NCBI GenBank assembly: GCA_023248735.1
Contig: JAHFDY010000003.1
Location: 915-64,914, forward strand
Reading direction: 5' to 3'
From: Myxococcales bacterium
GTDB lineage: Bacteria > Myxococcota_A > Polyangia > Polyangiales > Polyangiaceae
DNA: 64,000 bases
The notes under the pieces were generated by a model. That model saw only the letters and a list, made by a program, of their open reading frames with translations. It did no database searches and was not told where the DNA came from. Of this stretch, positions 9,324-16,773 are shown piece after piece; the first letter of the stretch is position 1; each line of letters opens with the position of its first letter. The position numbers were made by a program, and so were the translations under genes.

Positions 9324-10013
9324 ATGCCTCATACATGGCGCCCGGCCCTCCCCGCAGTTTGCGTTGTCTCCCTCGTGTGCGGTGCGTTCGCGTGCAACTT
9401 CCTCGTCGACAACAAGTTCTCGACTTACGACCGCAACAAAGACTCCGGCTGTTCCTTTGCCGGCAGAGATACGACCTGCGGCGCGTGTATGAAGCAGAAC
9501 TGCAGCGCCTACATCGACACAATCTGCCTGCCTCCGGGCGACGGCGGCACCTCGACAGTCTTGCAACAGCTCGAAGCGTGTGCCTCGGATGGTGGCTACA
9601 CGGGCGATGCGCGCGCATCGAGCACCTGTTCATTCACGCCTGCCGCGAACGTGTCCGACATCGAACAGCGCGCCTACACTTGCGTTCACGACAAGTGCAT
9701 CGTTCCGGCGGAAGGGCGATGCCTCTACTGCAAGGTCGGAGGCAAGACCCAGGACGGCACACCCATCGATCTTCACTCGAACGCATGTGGGACGTGCCTG
9801 CTCGATAAGTGCGCTACGCAAATCAACTCCTGCTGCGACACCCAAATTGTCGCGCAGTCAATTGCGAGCTGCGGCGACCCAACGAGCTCGGCATGCCAGT
9901 CACTGATCGCGGGGACGACCACAGACGGAGGCAAGAAGGACGGTGGTGAATCCAGCGAGTGCGTATCGTCGATCCTGACGTGCGCAAAAACGTGTGCCTC
10001 GGAGTGCGACTAG
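9324..10013 (+). CDS. secreted cysteine-rich protein (internal CxxCxxxxCxxxxxxxC duplication)
   Basis: ATG 9324 gives the signal-like MPHTWRPALPAVCVVSLVCGAFAC. About 27 Cys are present in total. The motifs CGACMKQNCSAYIDTIC and CGTCLLDKCATQINSCC repeat. The stop TAG at 10011..10013 lies 2 nt before the next gene's ATG. Confidence 0.65.
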   Translation: MPHTWRPALPAVCVVSLVCGAFACNFLVDNKFSTYDRNKDSGCSFAGRDTTCGACMKQNCSAYIDTICLPPGDGGTSTVLQQLEACASDGGYTGDARASSTCSFTPAANVSDIEQRAYTCVHDKCIVPAEGRCLYCKVGGKTQDGTPIDLHSNACGTCLLDKCATQINSCCDTQIVAQSIASCGDPTSSACQSLIAGTTTDGGKKDGGESSECVSSILTCAKTCASECD

Positions 10014-10015
10014 TC

Positions 10016-11596
10016 ATGCGTTCGAATGGCGCTCGGTGGGTCGCGTGCACGCCGATCCTGGTCGTGCTCTTCGGTTCCTGCGCTTCATCAACGACTCCTC
10101 CGCTGGTAACCCCATGCGACACCGCACACGTCGACTTAAATGGGGACCTGGCAGACGGCTGCGAATACGCGTGCACAAGAACAAGCGACGTTGATCCGAT
10201 CGATGCAAACTACACCGACGAGAACTGCGACGGCAGCGATGGGGATGTCAGGCGTTGCGTGTTTGTCGCGAGCGACGGAGTCGATTTGCAGGGAGGCGGC
10301 ACGCGTGGCAGCCCGGTCAAGACAATTGACTATGCTATCGCGACAGCCGCCCTCGAAGGCAAAGCGGTGTGCGTGGGATCAGGGGTCTACACCGGGTCGG
10401 TGAGGGTCGCTTCCGGCGTGAGCATCTACGGTGGCTTCGACACGCAAAATACGGTCTTCCGATTCCGACGCGCGGTCGGCGCGGTAAGCGAGATTCAAGC
10501 CGAAGGAACCGGCGTGATTGCCGAAACGATTACGACATCCACGGAGCTTGGCTGGCTCAAGATAAGTGTCTCGGCACCCGACGCAAGCGGCTCAAGCGTG
10601 TATGGCGTGCGCCTCGTTTCCGGCACCGCAGCGCTCAAGCTAACGGCCATTGATCTGCAAGTCGCAGGGGGGCGCGCCGGAGCACTTGGGGCTGGCGCAC
10701 CGAGAGCGACCGACGGCACCGACGGCAAAGATTCTTCCCTCGTAATCATCATGACCGACGCCGGCAGCGCGACGGCGAAAACGGGCGCTGCTTCGACAAT
10801 CACGAAGTGCGGCAGCGCGGAGATCGCATCCACCCGCAGCGGCGTGGGCGGGGACGGCAGCGACACCGGAACGGGTGACTCCGGCGGCGCAGCGGCGAGC
10901 GGCGCGAGGGGAGGCAGCGGGGGCAAAGGCGACCTGCAGTGTCCCGGCGCCGCTGGCGGTCGAGGGAGTGACGGCGCGGAGGGTGGCAGTGGCACTGATG
11001 GCAGCGGCTCACGCGGAGGGACCTACGCCACCGACGGACAGTTCGTCCCGGGCGACGGCACGACCGGAACCGCGGGAGCCCCGGGCGGCGGTGGTGGTGG
11101 TGGTGGTGGCGGCGGCGCTGACACGATGAGCACCTCGTGCGGAGGTATCGGGGGCGCGAGCGGCGGGAGTGGCGGGTGCGGGGCCAATCCAGGCGAGGGC
11201 GGCAAAGGCGGCGGCGCGTGCATCGGCATTGTCGTGGCAAGCGGCAACCTGATTGTTGACGGCGGAAAGATCACGATCGGAGCCGCAGGCGCAGGCGGCA
11301 AAGGTGGCACCGGCATCAGTGGCGGCAAAGGTGGCACCGGCGGGTCCGTCAAGACGTTCATCAATGGCGCGAAAGGCGGCTCCGGGGGCGACGGGGGCAA
11401 CGGCGGAAGGTCTGGCGGCGGCGGCGGCGGCGCGGGTGGAGACGCCGCATGCATCGCATTTCACGACGAGACGCGCCTCACCGTGACGACGCAACCTGAG
11501 TGCGTCCTCTCCGCCACGCAGGCGCTTGGCGGCGAAGGTTCGGCAACGACAAACGGCGGCTCAAAAGGAAAAAGCGCGTCGACCACGGCGTACTGA
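10016..11596 (+). CDS. glycine-rich lipoprotein, paralog 2
   Basis: ATG 10016 gives MRSNGARWVACTPILVVLFGSC (lipobox). It has the same DGCEYACT...DPIDANYTDENCDGSDG...SGVSIYGGF scaffold, a (Gly)11 tract and a Gly-rich C-terminal half. Confidence 0.75.
   Translation: MRSNGARWVACTPILVVLFGSCASSTTPPLVTPCDTAHVDLNGDLADGCEYACTRTSDVDPIDANYTDENCDGSDGDVRRCVFVASDGVDLQGGGTRGSPVKTIDYAIATAALEGKAVCVGSGVYTGSVRVASGVSIYGGFDTQNTVFRFRRAVGAVSEIQAEGTGVIAETITTSTELGWLKISVSAPDASGSSVYGVRLVSGTAALKLTAIDLQVAGGRAGALGAGAPRATDGTDGKDSSLVIIMTDAGSATAKTGAASTITKCGSAEIASTRSGVGGDGSDTGTGDSGGAAASGARGGSGGKGDLQCPGAAGGRGSDGAEGGSGTDGSGSRGGTYATDGQFVPGDGTTGTAGAPGGGGGGGGGGGADTMSTSCGGIGGASGGSGGCGANPGEGGKGGGACIGIVVASGNLIVDGGKITIGAAGAGGKGGTGISGGKGGTGGSVKTFINGAKGGSGGDGGNGGRSGGGGGGAGGDAACIAFHDETRLTVTTQPECVLSATQALGGEGSATTNGGSKGKSASTTAY
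11084..11116 (+). repeat. homopolymeric Gly-codon tract (11 x GGN) in paralog 2
   Basis: The sequence ggc ggc ggt ggt ggt ggt ggt ggt ggc ggc ggc was read directly and is preceded by CCG (Pro). Confidence 0.9.
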
Positions 11597-11701
11597 AGCA
11601 GAGGTGCATCCCCAGGCGCGGACGGCGGCGCGCCCGAATCAAACGCTGACCCATGGCGCGCGTTGGCCTGCGCGGACCGACGTAAGGTATGCTGACTCGC
11701 A

Positions 11702-13291
11702 ATGCGATCGCTCCTCGCCTCACTTGGCTCGTGCGCCGTCTTGATTCTCTCCTGCGGCACGAAGCCACCGGCAACGGTTACGACGTGCGCAACAGGCACC
11801 TACGATCTCAATAGCAATCCCAACGATGGGTGCGAGTACGCTTGCACATTTGTATCTGACACCGATCCATTTGACGATGCTTTCATTGACGAGAACTGCG
11901 ACGGCAGCGACGGAAACGCCAACAATTGCATCTACGTGGAGCCGACCCGCGGCGTTGACAGCACATCAGGTGGATCGCGCGCCAACCCTCTAAAAACCGT
12001 TGCCTATGCGATCCCCATTGCAGGGGCGAGCGCCAAATCGGTCTGCCTTGCGGCGGGCACGTACCAGGGGCCACTTACTGTGCGCTCCGGAGTGAGCGTC
12101 TATGGCGGGTTCGACGGCAATGCGAACTTTGTTCGCGGAAAGAACCTCGTTGCGGCATTCACCGCAACTGAGACCGGCATTATCGCCGACGGCATCACGG
12201 CCAAGACCGAACTTGCCGCACTGAGCTTCAAGGTCACCGCAGATACACCCGCTGGCAGCAGCGCGTACGGACTTCGATACACAAAGAGCACTGGCGAATT
12301 GGCGCTCACAAGCGTTTCATTTGATGTTGGTGCGGGTCGCGACGGCGCGACAGGCAGCGAAGGCGCAGCCGGCGCGACCGGCGCCGATGGCAATGACGCT
12401 GCCCCCCAACTTGGAGTTGAAGGCGCTGGAGGTCGTCAGAAAACGACAACGTGTGGTGGCGCTGCCGAGGCCAGCGCCACTGGCGGAGCTGGCGGTAACG
12501 GCGGCGCGTACTCGGGCACCACTCGAAAGGGCGACAACGGAAACGCCGGCAGCGCGGGTGGCGGCGGCGCGACGGGCGGCGCGGGTGGAACGATTCCCCT
12601 ACAAGGCTTCACGGATTGCTCAACCGTCACATCAACGGTGGGCGGTAACGGCGCAGGCGGCTCAAGCCCGACAACCGCAGCAACGGTGGGCACCCCGGCA
12701 CCTGTTGCATCAAAGTTCGATGCGAATTGTCACTTCCAAAACGGCAACGGCGGCAACGGAGAGCGGGGAAGCCCGGGCGGCGGCGGAGGTGGTGGTGGTG
12801 GCGCAGGTGCACCGGTAAACACCGGGACTTGCGGATCGGTCAACGGCGGGGGCGGCGGCGGTGGTGCAGCTGGCGGATGCGGCGGCGAAGGCGGCAGCGG
12901 AGGCAAAGGCGGCGGCGCGTCGATCGCGATTTGCGCAACGGGTGGCACGATCAAACTCGTCAACACACTTGCCAAAGTTGCGAACGGGGGCAAGGGCAGC
13001 GACGGCGTCAAGGGCGGATCCGGCGGTAACGGCGGAACCGGTGGCGCTGGCAACGACGGGCAACAAGGCGGCGGCAAAGGTGGCAAGGGCGGAAGCGGCG
13101 CCAAAGGAGTTTCGGGCAGCGCGGGCGGCGGTGGCGCCGGTGGGGTGAGTGCCTGCGCAACGCTCGAAAAAACTGTAACCTACACGTCAACCAATTCGAG
13201 CTGCGTCCCGCAGTCTGGGGGCGCGGGTGGAGCCACACCCGGTGGAGCCACAGCCGCCGGGGGGACGAGCGCGGTGGAGCTGCGTTGGTAG
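11702..13291 (+). CDS. glycine-rich lipoprotein, paralog 3
   Basis: 529 aa. The lipobox is VLILSC. DGCEYACT...DENCDGSDG...SGVSVYGGF, a (Gly)9 tract and a Gly-rich C-terminal half are present. Confidence 0.75.
   Translation: MRSLLASLGSCAVLILSCGTKPPATVTTCATGTYDLNSNPNDGCEYACTFVSDTDPFDDAFIDENCDGSDGNANNCIYVEPTRGVDSTSGGSRANPLKTVAYAIPIAGASAKSVCLAAGTYQGPLTVRSGVSVYGGFDGNANFVRGKNLVAAFTATETGIIADGITAKTELAALSFKVTADTPAGSSAYGLRYTKSTGELALTSVSFDVGAGRDGATGSEGAAGATGADGNDAAPQLGVEGAGGRQKTTTCGGAAEASATGGAGGNGGAYSGTTRKGDNGNAGSAGGGGATGGAGGTIPLQGFTDCSTVTSTVGGNGAGGSSPTTAATVGTPAPVASKFDANCHFQNGNGGNGERGSPGGGGGGGGGAGAPVNTGTCGSVNGGGGGGGAAGGCGGEGGSGGKGGGASIAICATGGTIKLVNTLAKVANGGKGSDGVKGGSGGNGGTGGAGNDGQQGGGKGGKGGSGAKGVSGSAGGGGAGGVSACATLEKTVTYTSTNSSCVPQSGGAGGATPGGATAAGGTSAVELRW
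12776..12802 (+). repeat. homopolymeric Gly-codon tract (9 x GGN) in paralog 3
   Basis: The sequence ggc ggc ggc gga ggt ggt ggt ggt ggc was read directly and is preceded by CCG (Pro). Confidence 0.9.
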
Positions 13292-13357
13292 ACAATTGTC
13301 ACACCCTCGGATCACTTTTCGACAATCGCCTGAAGGTGCGGGTTGAAACACGATTGT
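13291..13357. promoter_or_regulatory. cluster of ACAAT/ATTGT palindromic half-sites upstream of the desaturase gene (possible operator)
   Basis: There is a perfect 10-bp palindrome GACAATTGTC at 13291..13300. GACAATCG at 13321..13328 is inverted to CGATTGT at 13351..13357. All lie in the 91-bp gap before ATG 13383. Confidence 0.2.
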
Positions 13358-13382
13358 AGCCGCAATAGGTAGCCATGCACTG

Positions 13383-14552
13383 ATGGACTCCTTTCTCAAC
13401 ATCGACGTGCAGGCCTTTGCGCGGGAACTCGACGCTATCCGCACGCGCGCCGAGCGTGAATTGGGGCCCGGCGATCTGACCCACTTGAAGCGCATCATGC
13501 GCGTGCAGAGGCTGCTGTCGATGGCAGGCTACGCGACGGCATGGGCGCTTCCGAATCCCGTATCGATGCTCTTGCTCGGCGTTGCGAACACGTCGCGGTG
13601 GACGATCGTCGCACACCACGTGCTGCACAAAGGATACGACAAAGTACCTGGCGCACCCGCCGAGCTGACGTCGCGAGCGTTTGCAAGCGACCGGCGGCGC
13701 GCTGTTGACTGGCTTGATTGGATTTCACCGGAAGCGTGGAAACTTGAGCACAATATGCTCCACCACTTTCACACCGGCGAAACGAAGGACCCGGACTTGG
13801 TCGAAGAAAACGCTCAGACCGTGCGTCGCGCCAAGTGGCCACTCGCGCTCAAATATGGCGCCGTCGCATTCTACGCTGCGACGTGGAAGTTCACGTACTA
13901 CGCGCCGAATACGTTTCAAGTCATGCAGCGTGCCAAGCGCAAGGGAGCGCGCGAAGGCGAAGATGGATCGGAAACCTACCTCGCCGCGTGGGACTTTCGG
14001 ACCAAGCAGGGTCGCGCATTTTGGCGCGAATGCGTCCTTCCATACGGGCTCACCCGATTCGTCGTGGCGCCGGCGTGCTTTCTACCGCTCGGTCCCCTCG
14101 CCGCGTTCAACGTGTGGGCAAATTCGGTGGGCGCCGAGGTGGTGGCGAACGTTTATTCGTTTCTTGTGATCGCGCCCAACCACGCCGGCGACGACCTCTA
14201 TCGATACGAGGGTTCACCTCGCACGCGCGGCGAGTTTTACATCCGTCAAGTAACGGGCTCGGCAAACTACGACACTGGTGGCCTGCGCGACTTCTTCTAC
14301 GGGTACCTCAACTACCAGATCGAGCATCATCTATTTCCCGAGCTGCCAGCCAGTGCCTACGCGCGCATTCAGCCCGAAGTGAAAGCCGTGTGTGAACGCT
14401 ACGGCGTTCCTTATGTTCAAGAATCTTTACGAAAACGCATCGTTAAGCTTGTTGACATTATGGTAGGACGTACGTCGATGCGGCGTTCCATGGGTGGTGG
14501 TCACAGCCTAAAGCCCCTTCGCGACCAGTTCGCGCGCGGCCCTCAGCAGTAG
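13383..14552 (+). CDS. fatty acid desaturase family protein (membrane di-iron, three His boxes)
   Basis: The His boxes are HHVLH, HNMLHHFH and QIEHHLFP. Hydrophobic segments lie between them. Confidence 0.85.
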   Translation: MDSFLNIDVQAFARELDAIRTRAERELGPGDLTHLKRIMRVQRLLSMAGYATAWALPNPVSMLLLGVANTSRWTIVAHHVLHKGYDKVPGAPAELTSRAFASDRRRAVDWLDWISPEAWKLEHNMLHHFHTGETKDPDLVEENAQTVRRAKWPLALKYGAVAFYAATWKFTYYAPNTFQVMQRAKRKGAREGEDGSETYLAAWDFRTKQGRAFWRECVLPYGLTRFVVAPACFLPLGPLAAFNVWANSVGAEVVANVYSFLVIAPNHAGDDLYRYEGSPRTRGEFYIRQVTGSANYDTGGLRDFFYGYLNYQIEHHLFPELPASAYARIQPEVKAVCERYGVPYVQESLRKRIVKLVDIMVGRTSMRRSMGGGHSLKPLRDQFARGPQQ

Positions 14553-15878
14553 CTCGCGTTCATTTTGCGCCGGGTCATTGATCACTTGCTCCAGCAAAGC
14601 GTCAAGTAACTTGCCTAAAACCGGACCCGGTTGGATCGCGAGTTCGGTCATCAAATCGCGCCCGTTCACTTTCAGTTCGCGCGTCGAAAGTGTTGCGCCC
14701 GCCGCAAGCACTGCGGCGACCCGCGCCTTGAGTACGCGCGCGTTCTCGAGCTCGTCGTCAACGGGTCTTCCCTTCCCTCGGATGTCGGCGTCGTTGAGCG
14801 CGTACAGGTCTTCAAGCCGCTCTGGCGTCACTCGTTTCACCCAGCGTCGAACGGCAGCATCGCTCCAGTCAGGCGCGAAGCAGATGAGGTGGTGCCTCAC
14901 CAAGTGCACGATGCGCGCGCGCTCGTCGTTGGAAAAACGAAGCCGCTCGAGCACCGGGCCAAGCATGTTCGCGCCGACCTCTTCGTGATTGTAGAAGGTG
15001 TAGTCGCCTTTGGCGTCATTGAATTCGCGCGTGCGCGGTTTGCCCACGTCGTGAAGGAGCGCAGACAGACGGAGCACGGCGTCGCCGCGGCTCGCATCAA
15101 GACAAGCCATCGCGTGCCCCCACACATCGAACGCGTGCCACTTGTTCTGCACCATGCCGACACCCTCGAGCATCTCAGGGCAAGTCACCTCGAGAAGCCC
15201 GTGCTCGCGCATTACTTCGAACGCCCGCGAAGGACGAGCGGCTTTCATCGTCTTAACCCACTCGTCGCGAATACGCTCTGACGACACTTTTTCGTACGTC
15301 GAAAGTGTCGGGCGAATCGCGCGAGCGGTTGCCTCGTCGAGATCGAGCTCGAGCGTCGCAACGAAACGCGCAGCACGAAGCACACGAAGTCCATCCTCGG
15401 AAAAGCGCTCTTCAGCTACGCCGACCGCCTTGAGTAGCTTGCGCTCCAGGTCCCCGCGTCCATCAAATGGATCTTCGACGTGCCCCGTCGTGGGATCGAG
15501 CGCGATCGCGTTCACCGTAAAGTCACGACGCGCGAGGTCGCGCACGAGGTCTTCGACGAAGAACACCTGGTCGGGCCGCCTGCCGTCTGAGTAGCCTTCT
15601 TCACCACGAAGTGTCGTCACCTCATAGTGAACTTTGTTGACCACCACCGTAACGGTGCCATGTTCGACGCCCGTCGGAATCGCTTTCGGAAAGGCGCGCA
15701 AGAGCTCGTCGGGGAGCGCATCGGTGCAAACGTCCCAGTCGCTAACGGCGCGACCGAGGAGAAGGTCACGCACGCAGCCGCCAACAATCCACGCGCGCTT
15801 GCCTCGCTCACGAAGGCGGTTGCAAATGCCGAGTGCGTCTTTGGGCACGAGGGCGAGATCGAGCTCGGAGGCAGTCAT
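14508..15878 (-). CDS. cca: CCA tRNA nucleotidyltransferase (PolyA_pol head + HD domain)
   Basis: GGCVRDLLLG, RRDFTVNAIAL and LLHDVGKP motifs are present. ATG 15878 has GGAGGG 5 nt upstream. The track start 15923 adds 15 unlikely residues. Confidence 0.9.
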   Translation of the reverse strand: MTASELDLALVPKDALGICNRLRERGKRAWIVGGCVRDLLLGRAVSDWDVCTDALPDELLRAFPKAIPTGVEHGTVTVVVNKVHYEVTTLRGEEGYSDGRRPDQVFFVEDLVRDLARRDFTVNAIALDPTTGHVEDPFDGRGDLERKLLKAVGVAEERFSEDGLRVLRAARFVATLELDLDEATARAIRPTLSTYEKVSSERIRDEWVKTMKAARPSRAFEVMREHGLLEVTCPEMLEGVGMVQNKWHAFDVWGHAMACLDASRGDAVLRLSALLHDVGKPRTREFNDAKGDYTFYNHEEVGANMLGPVLERLRFSNDERARIVHLVRHHLICFAPDWSDAAVRRWVKRVTPERLEDLYALNDADIRGKGRPVDDELENARVLKARVAAVLAAGATLSTRELKVNGRDLMTELAIQPGPVLGKLLDALLEQVINDPAQNERELLLRAARELVAKGL

Positions 15879-15891
15879 GTCGCCCTCCACT

Positions 15892-16611
15892 CTACTTTGC
15901 GCGCACCACAAACTCCTGCACAAACCGTCTTACGAGGGATCTCGCGTGTGGCGTTTCGAGAGCGCTCTCATGAAGGACGTTTGGATCGCCACCTTCTTCG
16001 CGGATACGATCGGCGCGCGCCTCGATGTAGCCACGCGTTACATCTTGATCGAACTCCGGATGGAACTGAACGCAGCGAACGCGTTCGCCAACAGCGTACA
16101 TGGCGTGAGGCTCAAGGTCAGTCCGGCCGATAAGTCGGGCACCGTCAGGCAACTTGACCACACTCTCGAGGTGCGAGGCGTTCGCAAGAAAAGGCGTTGG
16201 GAGACCTTCAAGTAACGTGTCGGGCGCGCTAATTGTAACATTTACAGTGCCAATTTCTCGACCCTTGGGATTCTTGGCGACAAGCCCGCCGAGCGCTTGG
16301 CCGACAATTTGGTGCCCAAAGCAAATGCCAAAAATCGGAACGCGAGCGACGACGAGTTCGCGAATGTACGCCTCGGTGCGGAGCATCCATTCGGCGCGCT
16401 CCGTCACGAGCGCCGAGGAGCCTGTGATGATAACGCCCTCCAGTGAGGTCACCTCCGGAAACGACACCTCCACGCGTGCATCGTGCTCGGTCCACTGACC
16501 TTGCCAAGCACCGGCGACGGACGCCTGAATCCACGCACTGAATTCGCCGCGCCTCACGGATACCGAGGCGACGGCATCGCCTGTTCTGAGAACGCACAAC
16601 GCCATCAACAA
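15892..16611 (-). CDS. type 1 glutamine amidotransferase (GATase1, GuaA-N-like)
   Basis: The nucleophile-elbow motif PIFGICFGHQIV is present, and FHPE lies near the C-terminus. It is followed directly by cca on the same strand. Confidence 0.8.
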   Translation of the reverse strand: MLMALCVLRTGDAVASVSVRRGEFSAWIQASVAGAWQGQWTEHDARVEVSFPEVTSLEGVIITGSSALVTERAEWMLRTEAYIRELVVARVPIFGICFGHQIVGQALGGLVAKNPKGREIGTVNVTISAPDTLLEGLPTPFLANASHLESVVKLPDGARLIGRTDLEPHAMYAVGERVRCVQFHPEFDQDVTRGYIEARADRIREEGGDPNVLHESALETPHARSLVRRFVQEFVVRAK

Positions 16612-16773
16612 GCAGGATACGGCAAACCGCAGAGAGCGCCACGCAGGACGAGGCTATCGCTGAGCCTCTAGCAAACCCGCCCCCCCGAGGACGTATCCCG
16701 TGAGATATTTACCGTTGCCCACTTTGCGTGGGACACTTGTTGCGCATCGCTTCCCTCATCGCCAAAGAGCAAC

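Noticed and set aside
9959-10015. N-terminal extensions of several track ORFs (for example 9959, 9234, 18297, 33448, 37220, 40937, 60010, 6852 and 32377)
   Set aside because: The extensions overlap upstream genes or lack signal or SD context. Internal starts give canonical N-termini (lipoboxes, a PilB-like or Dtd-like start) and better ribosome-binding sites.
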